From Octopus vulgaris (taxonomy: Eukaryota): a stretch of 64,000 nt of DNA. The notes beneath the pieces are model-generated. The model was given only the letters and a program-made list of their open reading frames with translations. It was not told the DNA's origin and ran no database searches. Position numbers and translations under genes: made by a program. How positions within the stretch are numbered: the stretch's first letter is position 1; each line of letters starts with the position of its first letter. The stretch covers positions 157,976,001-158,040,000 of the forward strand of contig OX597814.1 of the NCBI GenBank assembly GCA_951406725.2. Direction: 5' to 3'. Of the stretch, positions 13,180 through 26,959 are shown piece by piece.

Positions 13180-13385
13180 GTTGTTTCAATCATTTAGATT
13201 ATGGGCATGCTGGGGCATCACCGTGTAGAATTTTAGTCGAACGAATCGACCGCAAGTCATATACATTTTTAAGCCTGGTTGTGATTTTATTTGGGTCTTT
13301 TGCTGAACTCTTAAGATACAGGAACGTAAACAACAACACCTGTCGTTAAGCAGTAGTTGGAAGAAATAGACACAGACAAACTCAG

Positions 13386-13390
<5 letters not shown>
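13180..13390 (-). mobile_element. SINE 3' half, degenerate
   Basis: ttgtttcaatcatttagattatgggcatgctggggcatcacc...aatcgacc matches the reverse complement of the SINE 3' region. Confidence 0.6.
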
Positions 13391-13432
<42 letters not shown>

Positions 13433-13586
13433 TGCCAACCAAGTGTGGTGTCCTATACGGGACAGTGCTAGTGACGTTTATAGCCCCAGGAAGACATCCC
13501 TTCCAGCTGCCTAACGACACACATTGTGTGTCCGATTAGTATTTGCGAGGAGAGGTCATCGCGCCCTTCCCTAGCTTTACGTGATA

Positions 13587-13631
13587 CACATGAACTCGAG
13601 TTTCTGGGTGGTTTCCCGTCCTCAACGTGTG
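13587..13631 (-). ncRNA. Minimal type I hammerhead-like motif
   Basis: Minus strand CACACG-TTGAGGA-cGGG aaacca CCCa-GAAA-CTCGAG-T-T-CATGTG: perfect palindromic stem III ACTCGAGT, with C3 changed to U. Confidence 0.55.
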
Positions 13632-13689
13632 TTAGTCACGAGCTAATGATGAATATATTTCTTATGATTATACAATCAAACACAGGGGG

Positions 13690-15600
13690 GAGGGGGCATT
13701 ACAGAACAAACACACAAAAATGATATCTGAGTTCGGATGGGTACATTTACAAATTACATTCATTATTTTTTGTTTTTGACACCATTTTTTCCTTAAATTA
13801 AAAAATGGCATTGGGCGGATTCACCCGACAGCTTGTAAGGCCCAGCGACTATCTATCTTCCTTTCATCGATGATTAATCTGAGTTACTCGCACTCAACTT
13901 TCTCATCACATCCTTCCGTCTCTGCTCATATACCCTACGCGACAGGGTTTTCTTCTCAAGCCCCATCTTGCTTTTCAGATGGTATCTGAAGTAATTTAGC
14001 AAATCGGGGCCAGAGATGAAGGATCTTGTGGCGACACCTTCCATTCTTCTTCTTCATACGCACTCTTTCAGTACTGCAACCATACAGAGAAAACATACCT
14101 CACCTTCCTTTGAGAGTCCTGCTGGCGGTACCATCTTTATTATTGACCCAGCCGATAGCCGTACTCTTCCCAGATGTGACAACACGTGTTCCACGAAAAC
14201 CATCAAGCTTGACATCTCCCGACATTGTACAAAAGAGTGCTGGACGGTTTCGTCGCCCAGCACACATCTTGGACAAGTCGGTGGCACTGAAACTCCGTGC
14301 CTGGATAACATTTCGCGAACAGGTACAGCATTCCTGTAGCACTGCCAGGCTAAGGATATTTACTAATTATCCAAATACCTCGGTCTAACAGTCCTACTAA
14401 ACAGGTTGGCGAGTTGGTTCTCTTCGAACCCCAGAGTCCCTCCCAGAGTCATCGTTTCTAAACTCCACCAGCCCTCTATAGAACACCGAGACGGTATTCC
14501 CGCTGCCGGCTTTGCCCACCTTGTGGATAAGCTTGAGTGCCTATCGGCACTCTGTTTGCCAATCAGTCAGGTTTCGTCTTTTTATGAAACCATGGCATAA
14601 ATCTTACCATTGTGGTCGGTCGCGGGAAGAACGGCTCCACACCTTATCACCTTCCAGATGGCGCCAGAGATGTCTCAGCCTCAACGCATGTCAGCACATC
14701 AATAACCAAGACATCCCTAACCCATGCTTTAACGGTTCTGGGCAGCAAACGGAGCGCCTCACAAGTGGCTTTTCTCCCTTCCACAAAAAGTGGAAAAGGA
14801 GTCGTTCCAACTTGCTTATCCACGAATCGGGGCAAGGAACAACGGTCAGGTGGTATGTAATTACAGATGCAATAAGAACCTGCATAACCTCCGATCTTCC
14901 TTTCAAGGACAGAGGTCTTCCGGGCCAAGTTCGGATTAGTACCTCCACCTTGTTTGCCACCTCGCTCCAATTCTTCTCCATCTGGGAATCCGGACCAAAC
15001 CAAACTCCAAGCAACTGAACAGGACCATCGGTTCAGTGCCCCACGACACTGGCCTATATCGACTTGCTCCTCCAGGTGCAGAGCGCAAGGCGATCGACTT
15101 GTCCTTGTTAACTTTTGCTCCTGCCACCGCCTCGTATCCTCTGATAGCATCTTCTACACGAGGTAGCTGTGCTTCGTTGGAAACGATGAAGGCGACGTTG
15201 TCCGCATAAACAGAAACAGACTTACCGCCTCCGATTTCATCAGCATTACCTCCCAACATCTCCAACTTCCGCAGCAATAGCTCAAGAGCCAACATATACA
15301 GAAGCTTAGACAAGGGATACCCTTGACGAACTGAGCGCTTGATCGAAAACGGCTGCGTCAGGTAACGGTTTATCTGGACTGTGGACTTGATGCCGCTGTA
15401 CATAGCGGAGATCCATCCGCGGAAGACTGGGCCCAGCCCAGCCGCTTCGAGGACCACCGCCAGGTACTGATAGTCGACCTTATCAAATACTTTACTTTGG
15501 TCTAAATGGACTATTGCGCCACCTTTGCCGGCTAATTTACCCAGCCTGTCTAAGGTGTAGCCGATAAGGTGAAGATTGTTCTGGATCGAAACAGGGACAG
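13690..15600 (-). mobile_element. L1/Tx1-like LINE ORF2 remnant (RT plus C-terminal Cys/His region)
   Basis: ORFs 14936-15697 (LDQSKVFDKVD, SVRQGYPLS, YADN), 14691-15014 (LSLKGR...FLWKG...GLGM) and 14054-14311 (CPRC...ETVQHSFVQC). Frameshifted. Confidence 0.85.
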
Positions 15601-16056
15601 AAAAACGGACGATGCCACACGAATATAAAATACAAAAATAATAATGGTAAAAACATGACAAAAACAGCGAGTGTCTTACGACTAATAGACAGTACAACTT
15701 AGTTTAGCTGGCGTATTTGGAAAAAAATGCCTTTTTCGGCAGACGAAGACAACGATCTTCTCATGGCGCTGGTTAGAAGCCGAAAGGCTGGTTGACCAGC
15801 GGTCACGTGAGAGGAGAATAGAGAGAAAAGAAAGGGGGCAAAGGAATCAAAGAAAGAAAGAAAAAGAGGAACGAAGGCAATAAAGGGGGGGAGAGAGAGA
15901 AAGAAGGAATTAAAGAGGGGAGAAGAAAGAGAGCGTGGCAAGGATTGGCTTGGCGACAGAATCAGTGAGTGCAAAGTGAGAAAGACAGAGAAATGTGGGA
16001 GAGTGGGGGAAGAGTAGACCAAAGAATCAGAGGCAAGAAAAGAGAAAAGGAGAAGT

Positions 16057-16087
<31 letters not shown>

Positions 16088-16403
16088 AAGAGACAGATCA
16101 AAGTAGAGTGCAAAGTGTGAAAGGCAGAGAAATGTAGGAGAGAGAGACAGTGTTATAGAGTCGTACCAGATTTAAAGGAATATGTACTTACATAAGGCCA
16201 AAGAGGGGACGCCGCTATATAAATTATATGTACAAAAATACAAACTGGGACAAGAACGTAAAACATTTAGAAGACGATACAAAAAACACGGACGGGACAT
16301 TCGAAGCCTTCAATCTTCAGTCAAGAACCGGATCATCCTAGCAATTTCGGTTGATTAATCTTGAGATCGCTCCGATCCGGCCAGCCCCAAGGAAAAACTA
16401 AGC

Positions 16404-16454
<51 letters not shown>

Positions 16455-17899
16455 TTATGTGTCGGTGGGTCTGTTTATACGTACTGACAAATACAAACAG
16501 GCAATTTTATACCTGCAGTGCAGAGAAATAATCTTAACAGCTAAATTTTCATTTGTTCTGTAAATTCATATACATACTCATACTCACAAGGCTAAAAAAA
16601 TTCGAATAAAAATAAAATAACCTGGACCAGAATTATCAGTAGGAACAACAATAACAGCAAAAAGGACAGCTCCTTCAGACGTGGCAGAATCTGTGGAAGC
16701 AGTAGCACCAACTACATGGACATGAAATCCGTTAGCAGTAGGAACCAATATGGCGGAAATTATTGACAATAAAAATAATCAATATTCCGGCGATATACTC
16801 ATCCTAATATATCCTTCTACCGCTGCTCATCCATCTCTTACACTCCCAATCATATACTCACAAAAGAAATCGTGTCCCTATCTAGTCAAAGGTAGAGTCT
16901 TTCGAAAATCATGAGATGAGGAGAAGTGGGCAAGAAAGGAAGCATTGAAAAATTTAAAAACTAAAATAAAAAAGTCGAAGTCAAAGAAAATACAGAGCAA
17001 TATCTTCTTTACATCGGACCTAAGAAACACAAAATCTAAAACAACAAACACATCATCACGACGATCTCCTTCACTAATATAAAGAATGTACACCAAAGAA
17101 ACAAGAACAACACACTTGGCATTGACGAGCTGACAAAGGCTCATATACTGCAACAGAACGATATGAACTAAACTAAATGCACAAAACCACACTAACAAAA
17201 TATTGCACCCACATCCATCTTTGTTCTAGTTAGAAGGAAAAATAAAGAGCTGTTCTCCTGTATGACATAACGATGAAACATAGAAATAGAAGGCAAGGCT
17301 TTCAAAGAAACACAGTTTGTATAACGGAGGAGATGAAACTGGTTATGCTACCAATAAAATGTTACCAAGTTGAGAGTTTTGCACATGATGTTGGAAACCC
17401 AATTGTTACGGCCTTGAATATGCTACTTCAGAATGTTCCCAAGCAACACCATAAAAGAGAAAGGTTTCTGATACATTCAAGCGCCAATAGGAAAATATTT
17501 AGGTGACACTGTTTCTTCTCCCCATCTTTCTAGCAAAAGTGGTAGCCTTAAGAACATGAAGTATAAATGAGCGTGGTTTATGGTGGTGCCATTAGACTGG
17601 TTGCTACAAATACTATGACTGGGGTGAGGCAGACAGATTTCTTTAGGTGCTTGGAGGTATTCCTCGAAACATCCCGTTCTTTAGTGCATAGAAGCTATTG
17701 AGATGCCGTCTTACCTTTGATGCCTAGATTGGGTGAAACCAGCTGACAAGTGAGGGTAGTGTACGCTAGTTAATATGGGTAATATAGGTGGTCCACAATT
17801 CAAACTTATATAGACCACATATTTGTGACGTTTATGTTCGACTTACATAGGCAATATAGACTATGTTTCTTTTGAATTTTTCCCGTTTCTTTATCAATA

Positions 17900-18980
17900 T
17901 AACGTACTTTTCAATCCCGAATTTCATTCCTACTTCGTTTGAGAATATGTGAACAGTATGTACAAAAATTATCTGCTGCTTTTTATTTTATATAGCTTTA
18001 TCATCCATGAATATAGGATTTATCTGACCATGCTCTTTTCCCAAATCATGTTATTTTGATTTTTCGTAATATCAAACTCAGCGGCATTATGGCCAATGCA
18101 AATAAACTTACACCTCGGAATGTTCACTTTCCAAAGTTATGTTTTCTTCCAGTCAAATCAGTATTGAAGTATTTCTTACTCTCATTGACTTTTTTCTCAA
18201 TGCTTTCTGTCACACCAAACATTCATTTTTTTTACTTATCCAACTATACGGTATTATGTCATACTTTTTTTTAATAATCTAACCATGCTACATTCAATCC
18301 AATCAGTATGCGTTTGAAATTTCTAATTACTATTGTATCAACTCACAACTTGTCTTTGGTTACCTTGCTTTGCATCCTTCACCAACTCTCTTCCACTGGA
18401 AGTAAATTGTTGCTTTCCAAATGATGAAACAAATTTTCTGCCAAGACACCGGTCATAAGTCTCCATATTAATGGTAAACAGTTTATAGGTCGCAAATTTG
18501 ACACCAATTCTCCTTTCAGGGGTCCTTTAAGTCATAACATTCGTCCACTTGAAATCTATCTAGATGCGTGTTCCCGCTGCAAGCATTCCTGATGGTGTTC
18601 TGCGACCCTTTCGTGCAACAATGTAAAGTTCTTTAGTCAATAACTTTGTCCTCTATACAGGTCAGGTTCTTTCCAATTTGGTATTTATTTCATCTTCAGT
18701 CTCAGTGAGTACATATCAGTTCTGACGTCCATTTGCTTCGGTAGGTACAGACACAAGTTGTCTCTTCCCCTGTGTTAACTACTCTGCACATTCGTTATGT
18801 CTCACTGGCCTGTTCCAAAGTTCTCCCCAAAATGCTTTACTTTCTTTCACATCAGGAATCACTTCCTGATGTTCCCAGACTATTTCTTCAAAATGCCGTT
18901 GTCTGTTCGATTTAAACAATCTATTCTATTCAAAGCCTTTTCATTTAGCATCGTTCGACTATCTCTTCAGTTTGACCTTT
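17900..18980 (-). mobile_element. Decayed RLE-clade (R4/Dong-like) LINE RT region
   Basis: Minus-strand pieces SNLRPINCLPLIWRLMTGVLAENLFHHLESNNLLP and VAWLDY.K.YD..P.SWI, with many stops. Confidence 0.7.
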
Positions 18981-18984
18981 AACA

Positions 18985-19142
18985 GCTGGTAGAATCGTTA
19001 GCACGCTGGATAAACTGGTTAGCGGCATTTCGTTCGTTTTTATGTTCTGAATTCAAATTCCGCCGAGGTCAACTTTGCCTTTCGTAATTTCGGAGTGGAT
19101 AAAATGTGTACCAGTTGATCACTACGGTCGATGTAATCGACT

Positions 19143-19213
<71 letters not shown>

Positions 19214-20435
19214 TCTCTCTCCGTCCCTCTCTTCCTCTCTCTCCGCCCCTCTCTTCCTCTCTCTCGAACCTGCTGATTTTGTGCCAAAATTTGAAACCAT
19301 CTACTACTACTAGTACCTATGTCATCATTATTATTGATAACAATTTTATTATCATTAATTTCATCACTACAATTACCATTGCTATCACTATCACTACTGT
19401 TATCATCATTTTCATTGTATTTATCAAGACTTCCGGTATAGATGGTGGGGGTCAAAACTGGATGAACGCATAACAGGCGAGTTTTCAACGTTGATGTGGG
19501 AAAGAAAACAAAATAAAAATGTATTTAGGATTATAATGTTGATCAGATAAAGGAAATATTGAAAAGTGTAAATAATGACTTGCAAAAAAATCCCAACTGG
19601 CTGACAAATGTCTTGTGTTAATAGAAGAAAAAATATTTTTATTAAGACTGCGAGCAGGCAGAATCATTAGCACACCAGGAATAATGCTCTGTGTTCCATT
19701 TTCCCTTTCATTCTTTCGGGTCGATAAAATAATGCCAGTCGATTACAGGTGTCGATGTAATCGACTTTTCCATTCCCTGAAATTGCTGGCATTGTACCAA
19801 TACTTGTAATCGTTATTTTTATGGCGATGGGCTGGCTATATCGTTAGCATGCCGGACGAAATATTTTGCAATATTTCGTCAGTCTCTATGTTCTTAGTTC
19901 AAATTCTGCCGGTGTCGACTTTGCCTTACATTTTTCCGGGGTCGATGAAATAAGTACCAGTTGAGCAATGGGCTTGATGTAATCAACTAGACCTCTCCCC
20001 GCGAATTTCCGGCCTTGTGTTTAAAGTAAAAATGATTACTATTAGCTGAGAAGGCGGCGAGCTGGCAGAAACGTGGTATTTCGTCCGCCGCTGCGTTCTG
20101 AGTTCAAATTCCGCCGAGTTCGACTTTGCCTTTCATCCTTTCGGAGTCGATTAAATAAGTACCAGTTACGCACTGGAGTCGATATAATCGACTTAATCCG
20201 TTTGTCTATCCTTGTTTGTCCTCTCTGCGTTTAGTCCTTTGAGGGTAGTAAAGAAATATGTATTTAGTCTATTAGTACGATCTGAGTTCAAATTCCACCG
20301 AGGTCGACTTTGCCTTTTATCCTTTCGGGTTCGATAAATTAAGTACCAGTTGTGTAATGCAATCAATCTAATCCACTGGCCCCCTCCCCCAAATTTCAAG
20401 CCTTGTGCCTATAGTAGAAAGGATTACTATTAGCT
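18985..20435 (+). mobile_element. Cluster of about 5 tandem tRNA-derived SINE copies (second SINE family)
   Basis: Repeated ggcggcgagctggcagaa...ttctgagttcaaattccgccgaggtcgactttgcctttcatcctttcggggtcgataaa.taagtaccagtt at about 18985, 19650, 19825, 20050 and 20280. B-box-like gagttcaaat. Confidence 0.85.
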
Positions 20436-20562
20436 GAGCGCGCGCGCGTGCATATATATATATATATACATAGTTGAAATTTATAGAAAAACAAAAGACG
20501 AAGACAGGTATATGAATAACAAACAAGTGTAATAGTTTGACCTTCGGGAAAATGAAAAAGTA

Positions 20563-20597
20563 TTTTACGTTTCGAGCCTACACTCTTCAGCAGAAAA
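20563..20597 (-). ncRNA. Degenerate minimal hammerhead-like motif
   Basis: Minus strand TTTT-CTGCTGA-a-GAGT gtag GCTC-GAAA-CG-T-A-AAA with palindromic ACGT. A related, more decayed plus-strand copy lies at about 10015-10050. Confidence 0.4.
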
Positions 20598-21384
20598 GAA
20601 TAAGAAAAAAATAAACAAAGATAGAATAAAAAAATTGTAGATTTAGTAGTCCTGCATGGAGAGAGAGAGAGAGAGAGAGAGGGGGAAGGGAGAGAAAGAG
20701 AAAGAGAAAGAGAGAGAGATACAGATTAAAATAGAAGGGAAAAGGAAAACCGTTTTTCAAGAATGGGCGTAAGTGAAGGCAGGGTATTGTAATCTCGTCT
20801 TTTTCTGTTTTACTGCGCGTTTCAAGATTACTGGAAAACGGCTAAACGGATTTTCACCAAATTTGCTAGAGATAACTCATTGGGTGAGTGGCTCGAAATG
20901 ATGAAAATTTGGTTTGATTATCTTCAAATAGACATGAATACGTACATAAATATGCCACTGTGTTTGTGCGTGCATGCGTGCGTGTGCGTGTACAGCGATG
21001 GATTCGAGGGTTTTGTTTATTTACGAGTTGATATCCTCGTTTAACCGGAATATAAATGCCTTAAAAAAAAGAAAAGGAGAAAAAAGGATTTTTTAAAAAT
21101 CGAATCGAACTTACAAATTTCCCGATAAGCAAATGGTCATATTGTTTATATCATACAACGAACTACAATGCGATTGATTTACCTGCCATCATTGAAAGAC
21201 ATTGCTGTGCAACATTTTCTATAAGTATTTCATTTTGTTCACTTTCATTTTCATATGAATCGACACTCGTCTGCGTGTGTATAGATCATGGTGCACCTAC
21301 GCGCGTAGACACGTGTGTGTACGTATACATAGATACATAATACATACATACATACATACATACATACATACATGCATACATAAA

Positions 21385-21871
21385 TATTGGGTCATCCCAT
21401 AAATAATGCGGGTTTTTTAATACTTCTTTTATTTTTCCAAATCACGATAAACAAAGTTCTTTGTTACTCTAAAATATATTTCATTTTCTACAATGCTCTA
21501 TAAGGTAGATTTGCAAGGCCTCTCTTCTAAATTCCCCTTGTCCGTGATGAAAAATGCTCCTCCAGTACTGTTCTGACCACATCTACAGAATTCCTATTTT
21601 TTCAGTCCAAGTGATTTTGATGATTGCGGAATAAATGACCAGAAAATATGGTGGCTGGGGCATCGTTTCCCATTGAAACTGCTCCAGCCGTTGGAATCTC
21701 ATCCTCGCTGTATGTGGCCGAGCATTATGTGGCCGAGCACTATGTGGCCGAACACTAAGAATAAGTAAAAGGTAAAATTATTGCCTGCTTTCATAGCAAG
21801 TTGATACAGGTAGTTTTCCCGTCCTCCGACTACAATTGAAAAAACTGAATTACTTAAGGAATGACCCAATA
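21385..21871 (-). mobile_element. Internally deleted mariner element with both TIRs and TA target duplication
   Basis: Left TA-ttgggtcatcccataaataatgcgggttttt and right aaaaactgaattacttaaggaatgacccaa-TA. Minus-strand HNARPHTAR...QFQWETMPQPPY remnant. Internal 15-bp x3 tandem repeat at about 21712-21757. Confidence 0.8.
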
Positions 21872-22089
21872 CATACATAGATATACGACTCTGTGTGTCT
21901 AGTTATGCATTCGAGTTTTTCATTAATTTAAGAGCTGCTTACTTAATGTCACCGTACTTAGGTCTCTAATCTTCTCACAAAGTGTAATTCAGTTCAATCA
22001 TAATGCATGGGTAAGCAAAGCGTTGTAAGTCACAATTTAATTTGCGAAAACATTGATCTGCGTGCAGGGTATGCATCGCCCCTCCGATG

Positions 22090-22610
22090 CCTGTTTCTTT
22101 TAATTTAGATATAATTTACACTGAAGATTTTTAGTTCTTAAATTTCTTTGGTGTATTTTGGGTGACTGTTTAAAAGAAGGAATCAAAATTGTGTTCGAAG
22201 TAGTTGTGTAATTTTCGTTTTCTACTTTTTATTTATTTATTTTTTTTTTGTACGGCTTATTTTAGACAGATATTTGATATGGTGACATGCTCGATGATAC
22301 ACTGTGGATGTAATATTTAAATTTGATTTTTCACGTGTTAAGATCGCTGGTGTTGTTGGTGGTGGTGGTGATGGTAATAATGCTGCGAACTTTTTATATT
22401 GTTATGTATTTCGTACGATATAAACGTTTTCCATGTTCTGTTTTTCTGTTGTTTATTTATATATCTAATTTTATTTCTTTGTTTAGTTGTTTAACGATGA
22501 CATTTATTTCGGTTCTATGTGGTTTGATGAAATGTGTTTTTGGTTGACCCAGATTTGTTACGAATTTGTTTATTTCTTATTTATTTTTCGATGTTGTAAT
22601 GCATAAACAA
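22090..22610. repeat. Decayed retroelement-like segment (possibly Penelope), duplicated at about 25630-26220
   Basis: ggtgtattttgggtgactgtt...aaggaatcaaaat and atttatttcggttc..tgtggtttgatga shared between the copies. Family assignment is weak. Confidence 0.5.
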
Positions 22611-23289
22611 TCACTAGTCTGAAGGGAGTAGTCCGGTTCCAGGACGACAGTGCTTCTCTTGAGATTCAGATCTCTCCGGATCAACACCGCCGTTCCACCC
22701 CACATGGCCATTTGATATGGAAATTAAATATATTCCATGTCCATCGAAAATGGACATGAATGATTGTTTGTCGGAGAATCTGGCTTTACTGAAAGCCACA
22801 ACCCCGACACTGAGGTTGAGTAGAATTCAGGTTTATATTAGAGTGTTCCACTATTATTCTTTGTTTTTAAACGTGTGAATACCAGGTGGTTCTGTTGTAA
22901 CTTTGATGCATGCGTCTGGGCAGCCATTCCTGTGAGTGGCATTATAAACAGTCTTTGCAGCTATGTCATGCCACAGGGCATGCAGTATCTCGTAGACAAT
23001 TTGGGCCAACTGCTGATGATACTGGTGATATCTTCTGCAGAGCTCACATTTTCTATTACAACGTAAAAGTTTGGTGATATCATTGTCTCTCTTGTTTATC
23101 AGGATTTAATAACTATCTCCTGTTCCTTGATAGCGAAGGCATATCCTTCTTGGTGGGATGTAATGTATCTATTACACGTCCGGGCGAGGTTTCTTTTCTT
23201 GTCAATGCTGCTGTTGCCCTCTAGCTTACAGAATATATACCCATGCATTGCTTTTTGTTGGCATGATGCCCGCTTCTCCTCCAAACTTA

Positions 23290-23960
23290 TGTTTTGGTAG
23301 GCCAGTCCAGTCTCCTTTCAGTTGCAGGAGACTGTTATATTCTCAGAGAACATGTCCAGTAGATTTTCACTAATTCTTAAGATGTTTTGCTCTTAATTTT
23401 GAGTATTTATGGAATGTACTTATTTCTTTCTTCAGTGGCTGTTATTGGACGTTCAAAGGCAATTTGGACTGACTTGATACCTCTACAACCATAAACTCGT
23501 TTAACATAGACTCTATCGCTATGGTCGTAAACGTAGAAGATACCAGCGGTTTGATGTCCAGTCTGCGTGTATCTAGTTGGGTGTTCAGTCAAACAATCCA
23601 AATGTTGGTACTAACACTGGCATTGCAAAAAGCATTGTGAGACATGGTCTTGTTAAATGCACCTGTTAGTGAGGAATAAAGTGGAATGACTTGTTGTAGT
23701 CTAGCCATATTATTAAGAGATGACGGCGATGTTGCTGAGCTCCCTAAAGGAAAACTTTGTTGAGAAACTGCTCAACACAACCCCATACACCTTTCTTTCC
23801 TCCGGCCTGTTCATCAGTTATTACACCATTTCTTTAGCAGTGGTCTTGGAAAAACATATTCAGACAATCAGTGTGCAGTTTGCATATAACTTTCAAGCAT
23901 ACTATAGGCCCATAGGTTTTGGCGACAGGGGCATCTTTGTTATTTATTTTTCTTTCTAAC
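23290..23960 (-). mobile_element. Decayed RLE-clade LINE fragments
   Basis: Minus-strand EQAGGKKGVWGCVEQ, WLDY and DRVYVKRVYGCRGIKSV motifs, comparable to ERLYLPRKEGGRGL at 62.5 kb. Confidence 0.65.
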
Positions 23961-25039
23961 CTCAACAAAGTTGGATGTGGGTACAATTATTTTGGTATTC
24001 TTGTGAGTGGGTTTGTCTATTTTTTTTATCTTGCTATCGTTCTGTTTTTTGCTGGATATGTACATTTATCTGCTAGTTTATGTGATGTGTGTTGACCATT
24101 TTGAAGCTAAATTATTACTACAACAACAACAATTATCCCCACTACTACTACTACTACCGCTGCTGCTGCTGCTACAGATGGCATTATTATTATTATTATT
24201 ATTACTACCACTTTTATCAACTTAATTTTTCATCACTTTTATTACCATCACTATCTCTATCACTACTAGTATCATCATTTTCGTTGTATTTATCAAGACT
24301 TGCGGTATAGGTGGTGGGGCACAAACGTAGACGCATCAAGGGCAAGTTTTCAATGTTGATGTAAGAAAGAAAAGAAAACAGAAATATATCTAGGTTTCTA
24401 AAGTTGATGAGAGAAAGGAAAAATTGAAAAGTATAAATAATGACTTGCAATCATTTTCCTCCAGCGAAACAAATGGCTAACGTTAATGAAGAAGAGGAAA
24501 TCAAATGCTTTTAACCTGATTTTAAATTACTGTATAAGTAAACCTTAGTCCAAACAGTGACGATTGGACTCAGCGAAACAGAAAAACAACATCGGAATAC
24601 TGAGAAAACTGTTTGCAATAGCTCTGTCACTATCTGCTTCGATTTTCTCTATTTTGCTATCGTTTTCCTTTGCTGTTCCTAATGCACCTACGATTACTGG
24701 TGTGATGTTTGAATGCTTTATTTTTCACATGCTGTTGATTTCATATTTAACTCGTTATAATTGATTTCATATTTCAATTCGTTATAATCAATTATGATCA
24801 AATGCATGTTTAGCAATTTCTTCCAGCTCACTACGCTCTGAGTCCAAATGCTGTGAATAATGACTTTGCTTTAAGAAAATCAGTTATTTCCAAGTCGACA
24901 ATGTTTTTCTTACAATGAGGATAATCGCCATGAAAACATTTTGTAGATCTGATACTTTTAGGTTTCCTGGCATATGAAATATTATATTTTTTTTTTTTTG
25001 CGGTTCTCACATTTTGGGGATTTCCGGATATTTGAGCTG

Positions 25040-25390
25040 CCAGAATGGTTAGCACTCCGGACAAAGTGCTTAGCGGCATTTCATCCGTCTTTACGGTCTG
25101 AGTTGATATTTCGTCATGATTAACTTCGCTTTCCATTGTTTCAGGGTCGATAAAATAAGTACTAGTTGAGTACTGGGATGGAAGTAATTGACTAGCCCCC
25201 TCCCTTAAATCTTGCCTTCTGCCTTTAGTAGAAAAATGTATTATTGTGGGTAAGGCGGCGTGCAGGGAGAATAATTAGCATACAGGGTTAAATACTTTGT
25301 GATATTTCGTCCGTCTTTACGTTCTGAGTTCAAACTCCGTCGAGGTCGACTTTAATTCTTTCGTGGTCGATAAAATAAGTACCAGTCCTA
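25040..25390 (+). mobile_element. Two SINE copies of the 19-20 kb family
   Basis: gagctgccagaatggttagcac...gtcgataaaataagtac, twice. Confidence 0.8.
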
Positions 25391-25467
25391 AATCTCATGT
25401 CTTCTGTTAATGCAATTGACAAAACCGCATTATTTAAGGGATGATCAAACATATACACATATATATT

Positions 25468-25483
25468 TAGCTAGCTAGCTAGC

Positions 25484-25580
<97 letters not shown>
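25468..25580. repeat. (AGCT)n-(AGAT)n tetranucleotide microsatellite
   Basis: Directly visible. Confidence 0.95.
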
Positions 25581-26959
25581 TAAAAAAGAAGTGAAAAGGC
25601 AAACCGTTTGATAAAACTTGACAAAAAGATTTAATGTAGATATAATTGAGGCTGAGGATTTTTAGATGTTAAATTACGCTGGTGTATTTTGGGTGACTGT
25701 TGGAAAAAAGGAATCAAAATCGTGGCCTAAGTAGGTGTGTAATTTTTGTTTATTATTTCATATCGTCTTTTGGATGGTTTCTAGAAATGCTTGATAGTGT
25801 GGCCTGCTCCATGGTTACACTGTGGGTGAAGTTGATATTTTGACATGTGTTCAGATCGCTGTTGTTGTTGCTATTTTTGGTGGTGTTCGTGATAATGCTG
25901 CACTCTTTATAGATTTATATGTTTTGCACGATACAACATTTTCTATGTTCTGTTTTTCTATTGTTTATTTATATATTTGAATTTATTTCATTATTTAGTT
26001 GTTTAACGCAGATATTTATTTCGGTTCGGTGTGGTTTGATGATATGCATTTGTGTCTGACACTGGTTTATTATGAATTTGATTGATTGATTGATTCTAGT
26101 TTCAGCTCATGAGCTGTGGCCATGCTGGGGCACGGCCATTTGTTTATTTCTGATGCGTAAATGCAGTTGTATTTCTCGATGTTTCATTGTGGATGCATTA
26201 GATGAATGTCTATAATCAATATCTATATGTTGCTGAATGTGGTAGTATTTTATTGTAAAAAACCTGATTCTGTTTCTTGGTGAAATTCATTCAGTTCTGC
26301 CTCTCCACAAAAATTTCATATACTTGTTTTTTAAAATTTGTATAAGTATTTTTAACTTTTATTATTATTGAGTAAGTATATTATTTTGATAATCGGTTAG
26401 TGCTTCACAGGAAAGTTAGGAATTATTTATCAGGTGATTGTAGAAACTAGGAAGGGAACGCAGAATGTGATGTCTAGAGAGAAGAGCAGTTTATTCGGTG
26501 AGATAAACGTGTGTGTGTGTGTGTGTTATGTGTGTGCACCTCAAACTTCACAGTAGAACTCTCAACTGCAGTCTCGATACACAATACCAAATTTCGTGGC
26601 AGGTCTTCCAGATCGCTCATTGTCTTCCAGGGACGTTCTTCTGCTTTGAAGAAAGTGTGCCACTCAAAAACGAAAGATTACCGAAGCATGATCAATGTCT
26701 CTGTAGCAGAGTTCCTAAGTTTAACGCAAAATTTCTCGTTGGCTGTTTGTTACAACTTCCTGAGCATGACAAAATCGCGGACTACAGCATATATATGATC
26801 ACATAAACACAAATTTCACAACTTGTGAAGTAAACACAAAAATTTCCCTCGGCATACTGCCTCAGGATGGTTATTGCAAGCTTTTATTACACATGCAACC
26901 ATGTGCCGACATCTTTTGGCACGCTACAGAACTTCCCCTGGAACTTTTTGATACCATCC

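Noticed and set aside
16330-16385. Possible hammerhead on the minus strand (ctcaaga...gaaa)
   Set aside because: Core is mutated and no coherent stem I/III could be drawn.
16900-17900. Possible coding or LINE remnant on the plus strand
   Set aside because: Only faint motif hints amid many stops; cannot be assigned without a database search.
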